Source: Klebsormidium nitens (taxonomy: Eukaryota; Plantae; Klebsormidiophyceae). Taken from it: a stretch of DNA of 64,000 nucleotides. The position numbers were made by a program, and so were the translations under genes. Below, one piece after another: positions 1-11,855 of this stretch. The stretch is taken from NCBI GenBank assembly GCA_000708835.1, contig DF237296.1, positions 1 to 64,000 of the forward strand, given 5' to 3'. The notes under the pieces were generated by a model, which was not told where the DNA came from, did no database searches, and saw nothing but the letters and a program-made list of their open reading frames with translations. Numbering within the stretch: position 1 is the first letter of the stretch; each line of letters opens with the position of its first letter.

Positions 1-591
1 AAAAAAAAAAAAAAAGGAATAGATTTACGAACTCACGCAACATTTGTGTGCCATCAGAAGCCTATGGCCGAGCTGGCTACGGCGTATTTGAAAAGAGACC
101 ATCAATGGTGATACTACGTATACCGGTGACTCCCGTTGATCACCCATTGATACACTGATACGCTGAGGCTGAGGCTGGCTTTGAGAGAACCGTCGTTGCA
201 GATGAGTCGGAATCAGGTTGAGGCTGAGGAGGCCGCGTCTCGATTACAATGAGATGTTATCGCGGCGGCGGCAACGCATCTTCGGCAGTCTAAGCGCACT
301 GAGCCATCCAGCCACAGCAGCCAGGCCAGAGCCAAATTCACCATCGATCAGCACAATGCAATGAAGAGCACACTACCAGTGCCAGGCCCACGCCAGGCCC
401 TTCAATTGGCGATGTCAAGCCGGCTTTGTTGGCTATTGGGCGCGGCGATATTTTCACGGTTGCTAGAGCAGCCTGGCCGCGCCGTAGTGAGGAGTGACTT
501 CTGATCGAGGTGCTGTGATGCTGTGGCGCGCAACTCACATGCATCATCATTGACTCTGAGCTGGCTTGGGCATCGTGTCAGAAGACATGTG

Positions 592-752
592 CAAGGGCGT
601 CCGGAACTCCGAAAATCTGCCCTCAATAGGGGGGGCTTGGTGGCTGGTGGGGGCAACATCTAGGGGCGAATTACCCCTAGGTAAACTCGTGCATCCAAAG
701 GGGAGGGGGGGGCTGGTGGCCGGTTTTAATTTCGGAGTTCCGGACGCCCCTG
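592..752. mobile_element. 161-bp MITE-like element with 23-bp terminal inverted repeats (hAT-like CAGGGG end)
   Basis: 592-614 caagggcgtccggaactccgaaa matches the reverse complement of 730-752 (caggggcgtccggaactccgaaa) at 22/23. Central 7-bp hairpin ctagggg/cccctag at 660-680. No clean target-site duplication. Confidence 0.6.
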
Positions 753-3700
753 AACACTGGCATGTTTTGACACGATGCCTTGGCCAACGCGCTTCAAATT
801 TGTATATCATCTGTACTATTTTTTGTTGCTGTTGTTGCTTGGAGTTTGATCAAGCCCTTTGGACTACATTTGAGCTAGGAGCTGAAGCACACTTCATACG
901 GGACGGTTAGTACGGACAGTAGCGGGGCGTGAGCGGGCCCGGCCCGCGTCCGAATCTCAAACATCTCCCATTGGATATTGTCATGCCACACTGAATGCGT
1001 CGCTGCCATAACGCGTCGCTTGGCGAATCAGCATGAGACACGTGGCATGCCGTAACGTACTTAGATAAGTTAGTTAGCTTGAACCGACCGCAGTTAGCAC
1101 ATCTAACCATAACCTCGCAGGCTCGTCACGGATTGGCTATGGATCAGTCACATCATACTGGACATCCATTGGTGCAAACCATTATCCACAATCCAATTAT
1201 TGCAACCAAGGTTCCACGATTGAATCCGGGTACGTTTTCGAACGTTCCCTGGAGACGTAACCAGTCGCTAACCGGTTATGTCACCGCGAGTCACCAGGTT
1301 ATGATACCGGCCGTCGCGTACCCTATAGCATGTGGCACAGCCAGCTGCAGCATGCAAGTGGATGTCCAAACTCGTTGTGCGAATCCACGGGTACTTAAGC
1401 CAATGGCCCAGCCATTTTCCAATTTGACCGTTTCATTCAAGTTAACTATCCATTGCCACCGGACACCCGTGTCCACCCAGCATCCGAGCGCCTTGAGCGT
1501 TCAACCCAGCACCCGAGTACCTCGAGTACTCAACAACCAGCGCCAGCAGTACCGGCGACAGAGGAGACAACACCAACGTACCAACACCAACACCACCGGA
1601 GTAGGAGAACGACAACAACAGTAGCAGTACCAAACACGACAGTAACTTAATCGGCCCTATAGCCTTCAGCGGTACCTTCTTGTTTCACATCACCATGCAT
1701 GTCCCATGCCTCCGGCGACGCCATCATCCAATCAGTAAGTGTCAACTGCTTGTACTTGTCTTGTGTTCATGCTTGAGTCCCTTTGGACATCCAGAATCCT
1801 GAATGCGAGCCACCGCCACCCTGGGTAGCGAACCTCTCGGACGGACAATGTGGATGCTGTGGGGATTACCTTGAATGTTAGCACAAGCCACCTCCAATGC
1901 AGCTTGTTCATAACGTGCCATACACCACCCATACTTTTCTGAGCGCCAGCTTAAGAAACCATCGTGTCCTTTCAATCAATCCTTAACCAAGGGAAGGGGC
2001 CTGACCCCGATAATGAATGAACATGAATTCCATACATGCCGCCTTATTTACTCAGCATATACCGCCAATTGCTCGTATCATGTACTCTTTAACGCTTAGC
2101 CGATCCATGTGTCTCATCACTTCATGTAACCGACGTCAATCGAACGCCGACGTTATATCGCACGACAATATGATCGCCACAGACATTGGAAATATGTGAC
2201 GTCCATGCCTGGCACATGGCCGCCACCGTGGTACGACGCCGATCCATGAAGGAAGAACTTTGAGTCACGCTTGCCAATGCATGGTAAGTCTTCATACATC
2301 GATCGACCGTGCATTGAAAATACCAAGTCGAAGTGACTCACATGCCGCCCCGCCGCCGTCCTAGGTTCATGAGAAATCTGATATTCCTGGCATGCACATG
2401 CACTTCAGTATACTTAAACCCATGCATGTGGGATCCGGGGGGCCTCGAATGCAATATAGCCTAGTAGCATGCATGTGTCGGACAATGACACTACAACCAA
2501 CGGTGCTGGCGCGTGCATTTCAATGGTAGCTGGCACATATTACGCGACGCTAGCTGATCGACTATCATGATTTGTATGTATGCATATCTACATTTTGAAA
2601 CGTACTTAGCCAGGTTTGTCATGAATTGTCAAACGATATTCATATAGCTACGACGGTTGAGCGCAACACGCAACCCTCTGCAAATGGTACGGTTGACAGT
2701 TACACCGACTTGGACGACAAGACGGTACAATCAGTCCCGAATCTGATCGATCACAAGTCCTGAGGTGGCGGTGCCACAGTAAGCCTGCTGCGATTCGGTC
2801 GGATTAGCAACAATCAATCCTTATTTACTGAGGCCAATCTTCTCTTTCAATTGATGCAACGGCTCCTCGCGGCACCTGCTCTTTGCAAGCGCAATGCGCC
2901 AAGCGGCCATTTTGCAGGTTCAATAAGTACACACAATTTCTATTCTGACGTTTCCCCGTGTTTTTTCTTTCATATCACCGATACTGATGTCCGGAAATGG
3001 TCCTAGCTAGTACCCTACGCTCACTACACATGGGGCGTAATCACATCGGGAATTCCCGCGAGCGGCTGACAGAACTTCGCTCGTTCCTTCGGGCCACGTG
3101 ATGGTGAAGGCAGTGCTACCGTACGGTGTGTGGAGCACTCTCGCATCCCGATTGTTTAGGATCGAACACATTTACGCCTATGCAACTTTTCAGAATTCTA
3201 CTGTACAAACCCAGGCACTTTAAGCTCGAATTGCTCGTGCCTTGGCAACGGACACAAGCTAGCGGCCACGACCGCGCTCCGTCTTGAATTCTTGCAATCT
3301 TTGCCAAACGCAAGACTGTCGTTTTTTATGCTCGCACTTGTCGTTAACACGAATACCTGACATTGACAAACAGGGATTTTGTTAGAAAGCAAGAAAGAGA
3401 CTACGAGTTGAGAAGGGGGCATCCGAACCACGTTCAAAAATCATCCTTGTACTGCCGTAATGAAGCGAATCGGGGAGATTGCTTTCAAAATTCGGCTTCT
3501 TCTTCAGTTCGCTGACTTGAATTCCGCCTCTAGCAATCTAGAAAGGGAGCCAGTGCGAACCGCATCGAAGCTTGGGAGGCTTTCGTCTCAAGGTACGCCT
3601 CCATGCGAAAACGGTACTCACAAAGAAGCGGGCAAACTTTTTCCCCAACAATCGAAGAACAAACACGGAAAGCGCCCAAAAGGCATAAGATGGGTCTTCC

Positions 3701-4021
3701 CAAGGTCGAAGGGAAGAAGCGTACAGAGTCGATCCAACACCCTTTCGGTCACTTATACATCCAAAAGAGGGAAGCAGTCAGAGGTACCAAGGGAACACGC
3801 AGATAGGACCCCGGTTACTTTCGATTACTGAAGATAAGCACCCGGAGACGGGTAGGTTACTTTAAGGGTTAGGCTGGGTACAGGTGCAGAGCGCGTAACA
3901 TTTTGGGTCAAGGTCGAAGTTGAGGAGCCCGGGGCTTATGCATTTCATACCAATCTCCTATTAATACAATCTGGAGTAACAAGTATGCAAAGAGGTACAT
4001 GCGACTCGCCTCGTTTTCCAT

Positions 4022-7000
4022 TCAGCGACCGTTCTGGCTCCCCGTCTGCTTCTTCCGCCAAACAGTGCGGCCTCGGCTGATCTCGGACAGGTCCTCCTGC
4101 TGCCTCAGCAAATGGTTGTACGCCACGTGTCCCGCTGCAAGGGCCTGCAGCGGCAGTGGAAGAGCGCGTTTGGCACATGGGGTCTCCAATTTCACTTTAG
4201 CCTTCGGAGCTGCCTTGTTAAGATTCTGCGTCGACCAGTACTTCAACAAGTTCCGGTGCCAGTCATCATAAAGACGAATTTGTCTTTGTTGGACTCGAAA
4301 AAAGTGTCTAGAAGTAGTCGAGTCGGCGAGTCCGTTATTGTTACTAATTAAGACATCAAGACCAGATCTCAGGAGTCCAGGCATCCCTCCTTCTGATTGT
4401 GGGTGCCTTTGGAGGGCTCAGAGCTCCGTGATCAATCGCGAGATATCTTTCAATGTTAGGAAGTGTAGAATGGGCTTCGGTACTCGGCGCTTAAATATCA
4501 CTATCAGAGGCTGAAAGTGCAAAGGTTCGTCACCTGCTGACTCTGGGTCGCTTGCCAGGATGCCTACCGCTCGAAGTTGCTGACGCACTTGCGCCGGCGT
4601 TCGCGACAAACGCGAGCTCGTAGGTTTCAAAAGAAACAGGACTCCGAGAGGGAGAGAGAAAGAAAATAGAAATGTCAAACGGACAGAAGTAGGGTCGTGG
4701 GGACCCCGCACCTGCTGGCTTTGGGTGCCCGCAGGAGGCTCCGCACTCGTCATGGACTCGACGATGTCCTCACTGATGCATTTCGCGGCGATACTCGAGC
4801 GTGATTGACGCGAGCCCGTAGTCGTCAAACGTGTGAGGCTCTAAAACAAATAAAGCAAAACGGAATCAGCAGAAAAGCATCAAACAAAAGAGAAATTGGA
4901 AAAGCCCCGCACCTGCTGACTCTGTGTGCTCGCGGGAGGCTCCGCGCTCGTCATCGACTCGACGATGTCGTCACTGATGCACTCGCGGCGGTACTCGAGC
5001 GTGATTGACGCGAGCTCGTAATGGTCAAAGATCTTGTCCGGCACGCTCTCCAACATCCAACCGAAATACGCCACGTTGTTCACGTGGTGGTTCATGTCGA
5101 GGTCGCTGCGACGGGCCTGGATAAAGAAATAGAGCGGTGTTGAGAATTTTTGAGATTTCGGAAAAGTAAGTAATACTTTTGGAAATTCGTTTGCACCGCA
5201 TTAAAATGGAGTGGAGGCGGAAACTGTCAAAGCCGCTTCGCTGGTTTTTTGCAAATTCAAGACAGAACCTTGCAACAATCGCCAAGAAAGGGGATCAATC
5301 GTGCGAACTAAACTCTTCCTAAGGCACGTGATCCTCGGCTGCAAGTAGACGGGAGTTTTCAGATGGTCTCTCCAGCATCCAACCGAAATACGCCACGTTG
5401 TTCACGTGGTGGTTCATGTCGAGATCGCTGCGACGGGCCTGGAAAAGGCAGAGGAAGACTCGCTGGAACCATTGCATCGGGACCACAGGAGACGGGCAAT
5501 CCTTATCAAGAGTGGAAAAGTTTCCAGAACTTGATCGTGTCGGAAACGGGTTTGGAACGGGGGAAGGAAAGACAATTGTCGCGGGATCATCATCAAGGCC
5601 AATTTACAAGTCTTTCGAATGTCGAGAAAGAAACACGTGACCACCACTAAGGGAATTGCATTCGACATCCACAGGGAGAGGGGATCGACAATACGCAGTT
5701 TGTCTGAGGCAAATGTTATTAGATTCCTGGTACATGACATCAAGGAACTCTCCAGCTCCAATCCAAAGTAAACCCATATGAGATTTCCGGTTCCAGGTCG
5801 AAGCACCGAACCCTATTAGACGGAGCAGACAGCTTACGAACCTCAAGTTGCACTGAAAAAAGTTGGAGGACGCGACTGGTCATGACTAGTATTGTACATT
5901 GTTTACAAAAAAATCATTTAATTGATTTTCGGAGGGATTGATTTTCGGAGAGAAAGACTGTATATGCGGCTGGATTTGGAGGAGGTCGCTGCCCTCCTTG
6001 CAGAAACGCACGCAATCCACCCCCGAGAAGAACAAAAACACAACCGAAATGGCTGACGCAGGTGCTACGGCCTCCAAGACAATTGGTTGCCGGCAGTTCA
6101 AGACGGACTTAGTCTGCCAAGACTTGCGGACTACCGTAGTCCAAGGTAATGAATCCTAAATAATCATTTGCATTCGGAAAGTCAGAAATTCGGATTCACC
6201 GTTCGAAAAGTTCAAATTCGGAAACGTAAAATAATCCCGAAATGGTCCTCGGAAAGCGAAAAACTGCCAAAATAGGTCTTAAATTGCTTTTTCAGGTGTG
6301 AACATAGGGCATTCGGATTCTGGGCGAATCTGCATAGATAATTCCGCATTGCTGGTCGGATTGTTGAAAATCATTACTGGGAAAATCCGTTCGGAATCAT
6401 CACGTTGGACTACGGTAACCGAGAGTTTCCAAACCTGTACCCTTCCAGAAGTAGCCATTAGCTTGATAAGCAAAGCGCGCCTTGTCCGCTTTCAAGCTTC
6501 GAACCAGATATTGAGAGAACCCAAGATCTCTTGCCTGTAGATTCTGCTTTGTATGTTCGGGGGGCTGTTCCAGCTTGCAGATCTTCATGGAGGCAGCCAG
6601 CTTGTCAACCGGGGCAAACCTGCGGGTCAACGAAGTGCGTTAAGGACTGGGCAAGGATCGGGTAACCATGTCGACCTGTTCGTTAAGGGTTATGTTGACC
6701 TGTTTATAAACCCGTCAGCGCAATCCAACTGCAATAGAAGGTGATGAAAATTCTGAATTGGTGCGACCAATATTATGCACCATACGAAGTAAGCAGTCGC
6801 CAATTCAACAAGGGAAACATTCGAACCCAAACAGTCTTCGAGGAATCAATGCCCTAGAGTGCAGAATGTCGGGTGATATTTTCGGAGAAGACACCATTCT
6901 TGAGGGCTGTGGGAGTTATACGAACTCAGCCGAGGACATACGATTCAGCAGAAAAGCAGTGAAGTGAAAACCGCACCAAACGCACCAAAGGCTCAAAAAT

Positions 7001-10000
7001 CTAAACAATCGAGGAAGAGAAGAATAATGAAGTCGACGAACTCACTTGGAGGGCTGTGGGCAGTAGACGAGCAGCTCCGCTTTGACTTCCTCGTCCTTGG
7101 GGGCGAGCTTGCGCGTCTTCTGGTCCATCATCACCCATTTGCTGAGCAAGAAAGAAAAGAATACATTTGTGAGATTCTGGATTCTGATATTCACAAGGTG
7201 AATGAATTTGAGCTTGAGGAAGGAATCGTTAGGGGCGAGCTTGCGAGTCTTCTGGTCCATCATCACGCAGGTACTGAGAGGTAGAAACCAAAGAAATCAT
7301 CAAACCGCAGAACTTGGATAAGCAGAGAGTGACCGAATCCGAACCCAACAGAAGAGCACCTTTCGAGCGGCAGGCTAACGAAACCTGCTCTTCTGTTGAG
7401 GAAGGCCGATCCTCGATCAGCTAAACCTACTCGTATCCTGTGGAAGGCAAGGAGCAGAACGTTGACCAAGAATCTTGTTTCAGGCGCCAAACGAGAGGGC
7501 GGAACCTGTGAAAATGCAATGAAGCAGGTCCATTGTTGAGGGCAGAAGGAACGAGAAAAGGGAAAGAAAGAAAGCAACTCGGCGAAAGAGGAGTTGCCAA
7601 AGCCGAAAAGCCTGATATGTTGGGAGTTGTGAGAGCTAACCTAAAGTGTGACCCGTTTTTTTGTTCGAGCCAATAACAGGGGCTCACCAACATTAGAGCT
7701 ACTAAAACGGGGAATAGGCAAATATCCTCCGAACGTGCTTCTTTTACAGGCAACATGATCTTTGAACACCAAGCGGATTCACAACGCTGGGATAGACTCA
7801 TATCCGCAGATAGGCATGCTTTATTCAATGGCAACACAACTCCCTGCTTGCGTCCAAAGGTTCGCATTATCAACTGAACGACCAACACACGATATTAGCT
7901 GATACAGAGGCAACAAACAAATGTGAACCTTATAAGAAGGGTGAACTAACCTCGTTCCACAACCAATAAGGTCCCCGCTCGCCGCATCTCGTATGTTCCA
8001 GTCGCGCCGCCCCCCCACTCGGCCGGGGTCTTGGAACCACGTGTCAAACTCAACAAAATCGCCCCTGCATCAGACCAGAGTCTTTCCTTGTTTCCTTGTT
8101 GCCCTCCATGAATCGTGACTTCTACTCGTCATGATACTAACTCTGTGCTTCATCCGTGTGTTCGCTGTTGAGTTCCAAAGAACCTTGGAAAACTCGTTGG
8201 GCATTTCTTTTTGATGTTCATAAAGCCTCCAATGTGCGCTACTTGGAAGAGACAAGTTCTCACAGGAGTGACTCATTCAAAAACACGTGGAGGGACCAAT
8301 CCTGATGATCAGCATTAGAACGTCGTGAGCATCCACTTCTTCAATCATTCGTGAGCCTGCTTGTAGAAGCATCCCAAAGTCGCCTTTGATCTTTCCGCTT
8401 CCCCGTACCTTTTCAAGAGACGGAGTGACTTCAGATTGAACGTTTGTTTATGAGGCGAGTTCAACGACCTCAACTCAGCTCCTACAGATTGCTCCATTCT
8501 CTTGATCAAGAAGGACTCTGCTCTTTGACCCCAGAACTTCCTTCAGAGTACATTCGAAAGAACAGGACAGGTGGAAGGAACTCACCACTTGGGATACCGG
8601 AACATCTCAATGTGAATGCGCGTAGTGACCCAAATCATGCCCCGTTCCCGCATCAGGGGGCTCGTGGCAAACCCGTCGTTGGAGAAACCCACAGCTTGTG
8701 CGTGGTTAGCAGAAACCTCCTGCAATGACCAGATTTGGCAGCCAGTCAGAAAAACTGGATAGAATTGGCTTACGGGCGGTTCAGATGGGGTTGTGATTGA
8801 AAAACCCTTTGGTTGGTGCAGAGATCCGGTTTGGTTGGCGCAACAGTACAACTGAATTCTGTAAAGACTGCAGACTAAGCAACAGTCTGCATAGATTGCA
8901 CCCTCAGGGTCGAGTAGGAGGGCTTCTTACTTTGGCTTTGGAATTCAAGGGGCTTTCCTTATCTGAAGTTTGGTATCTGAATACTGAAGTGGAATCAAGA
9001 GAGGGTGTGTACTACCAGGCCTTTCTGAGGCATCGAAACCAAGCACTGAAGAACTTGAGCGCAGACTAACTTAGCACGATCAATAGTGGTTGGGAACAGA
9101 GTAGTGACTTCCCAGAATTCTTAATTAGGCGGCCTCTAGTCTGAAACAACAAGTGTTGACGACTGTATTGTACTGGTATCACTTGTCCGGCTGCAGTCAC
9201 TTTAGGATCACATACTAACATGATCACATGCCAGCAAACCAGAACAGGGGTTTGAGCTCTGGGAAACGGAGATGTATATTGCCCCATTTCCCCCTGAGCC
9301 CCAAAAGGATCCTTTTCAAGATCACCGTTGATGAGACGGCGAAAGCAAGAACTTGCAAATGAAACTGCAAATCAAGGGCCTGGACATGTCATTGGATTGA
9401 TTCTGACCCCCAATCTTGTGAACCCAGTGTACCTTGTTCATCAGAAACGGGGATACAATTAATTTAGAACAACAGGTGCATTTAAACTTGCATAGAAATC
9501 TCAAAAGTGACCCAGGATCTGAAGGTGGTTGCCTCAGTCCTTGTCATTTGTTGCAATGAATAGCGACTGAATGAGCGATGCAAAAGAGCAGCAGTTCAAG
9601 GGGGTGCATTGCAGAAGCAATCCCTTCTTCTCAGCAGCACGCTCACTTCTGACGGCAACTTAAAGATAGTGATCATAGTCAGGTATGCCCCCTTAAATAG
9701 AAGTTGCGACGCTCATATAAAGCTCATGTCTCGTTTGCTCACAGCAGCCTCAGAAACTCAGAAAGAAAAGAAAATCCGAACAGCTTCTGATGCTAGTATC
9801 CTGACTGTGCCTCCTCGTTACTGAACCATGACCTTCAATTCAACAAGAAGTACAGGTTGACGGAACCAAAAGCAATTGCTTATGCCTCACAATCAATTCG
9901 AGAAATTGAAGCCCCTCTCACCTGCATCAGGTTTGCAATTGTTTCGATGCTGGCCGTCCGATTCCGGTCCACCTCATAACACCGGATAGCAAACCGCTCC

Positions 10001-10473
10001 CTGAAGACAAACCCGCTGTCCACAAACCGCCCCGCCTTGAACATGTCAGCATGCAAGTCAAACCCCCCCCAGGCATTCCCCCCCCGTTCCTCTTCCTCTG
10101 TTTTGGGCATCGGGCGCTCCTTCACCGCCACCCCGTTCCGCAAACTGGGGGGAAGATCTGCGATGGCGGGGGCCTTTTCGCGCAGCATGGAGTAGGGCGT
10201 GAACACTGCGGTGTTAACAGGCTCCGCACTCGCTTTTCTGTGCAGCCATTGTGTCACCAGAGAACGGACGGAGTTGATTGGGTGCACCGTCATTTGAACC
10301 CTGGCCGTCTCTTGTTTCCTGGGCCTTCGGACGGGATATTGGACCGTCAATCGCTGCCCAAAGAAGGTGTCTCTGGCGCCGGAGCCGGAGACACTGGGCC
10401 CATTTCCACAAACGCAGGACGAGCCGTCTGTTAACAGCTGTCCTCCGCTGATTGGCCGTGTGGCCATGGCCAT
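4022..10473 (-). CDS. FAT: Plastid acyl-ACP thioesterase (FatA/FatB family), 435 aa, 7 exons
   Basis: Exons 10473-9922, 8719-8586, 8064-7951, 7141-7046, 6619-6535, 5116-4913, 4144-4022 total 1308 nt with consistent phases. Motifs FAIRCYEVDRNRTASIETIANLMQE, WVTTRIHIEMFRYPKW, RRSDLDMNHHVNNVAYFGWMLE, TLEYRREC, HLLR...RGRTVW. Transit-peptide-like N-terminus. Intron 5 has a GC donor. Confidence 0.95.
4525..4830 (-). repeat. Two decayed intronic copies of the 3' half and donor of thioesterase exon 6
   Basis: 4700-4830 re-encodes ...DIVESMTSAEPPAGTQSQQ|gtgcgg. cacctgctgactctg recurs at 4531. Confidence 0.85.
5371..5445 (-). repeat. Near-identical intronic copy of the acceptor and 5' part of thioesterase exon 6
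   Basis: ccag|GCCCGTCGCAGCGATCTCGACATGAAC...ATGCTGGAGAG, 2 mismatches over about 70 nt versus 5116-5046. Confidence 0.92.
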
Positions 10474-11855
10474 TGGTGATGCGAAACGGACTTGCTTCTC
10501 AAAGCAGTACCGATTGCCTGTTTCCTTCTATCCAGATCTCGATCGAATGCAGCTGATTGGTTTCCACCTGGGGCAATACACTGGCAACGATGTGAGGGAA
10601 TTGAGCTGCAAATTACTGGAAACCGCCCTGTGAATGAACAGCAAGGGGCAGAAATAGCTACCAGGGACAACACCAATTCGTTGCCCTTCCCCTGCTTGGA
10701 TTGAAGCACTCTTCAGAACTCAGGCGGAGCGCAAATCGATCTTCCACCCTATGCCTTTTTCATCCAATTACCTATAGACCTTCAAGCCCTCAGTTTGACA
10801 CCCACCTTTTTCTTTGGGTTTGAAACCGTAGCGCAAAGAGACGATTGGTCAAGCACATGCCAAATCCATGCGATGGTTGCCAAAAAGTTCAGCGCACCAT
10901 TGAAAAGCGCTCCTCGGAGTCCTCCTTTGCTTTGTTGCACCAATGCATTCTCTACTCCAGAGCAGGCTGCATTTTGCTTCGCTTCCAGATTCATGCTCAG
11001 ATCTTTCCACCGCAGCCGTCGATCCAGGCGCCCATGCTCGACTCACCGCCACTTGTCAGGCCGTGAGATGGCCGTTTGTGACGACACCATTACCGTCTAA
11101 ACTCGTTACCCTTTACCGTTATAGCCTCACCTGCGCGAGCGCACGAGCGCGCCAATGCCAAATTAGCACAAAATGAAGAGAGGAAGTTGGCAAAAAGAAG
11201 AGGGACTCGAGTTGCATGATCGAAGACGAAGAAGCCATTGATATTGTGGGCTTCCGCGTGAAACGCTGGCGTTGCACCACATTTCTGCTACAAGCTGAAC
11301 TGCTTCTATCAGACCTCAGGATCAGGGCTCCTTGGGGGCGCATCTGCCAACATAATTTTGAAGCAATGCGGCTCCTCGCCTACTCATAAAGTGAGACTTT
11401 GCAATGAAGTCACCTGCAATTGGATCATACTGGGAATCCGGTGCTGAGATGCTGGTGCTGGAATGTGATCTCCTGCGCACGGACAGAAAGTGAAACTTTT
11501 GCTACTTGTGAACCCAATGTTTGATTCCTCAAACTTGCATTATTACCATGTTGTTCTGCAGTCCTTCACTCACTGATCTTGGTGCGGTAGCTCAGTCACT
11601 TGTACTTTCCTGGCACCATTCTTTTGCGATGGCTATATTCAAATGACGTGTCCCCAAAAGCAATGCAGTGGCATTATTTCAATGGGCGCAGGGATCTATA
11701 TTGCCGATCAACTGGAGACCATGTTTTCCCTTGTTCCACTTTGTGGAAGTGGCCTCTCTGCTTACTTCCACACGGTTGTTTTAAACGAATTTTATTGATG
11801 CCCACGCTCTTCTGCAGCGCTCCAAATAGGAAGGTGCCGCTAGAGCTCGTGCATC

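Noticed and set aside
1-15. Poly(A) run at the window edge as a retroelement tail
   Set aside because: Truncated by the window boundary. No upstream context or TSD is visible.
1079-1650. 181-aa ORF and CA-rich low-complexity tract as a gene
   Set aside because: No recognisable motif, splice partners or codon bias. It lies in spacer-type sequence and may be TE debris, which I cannot support.
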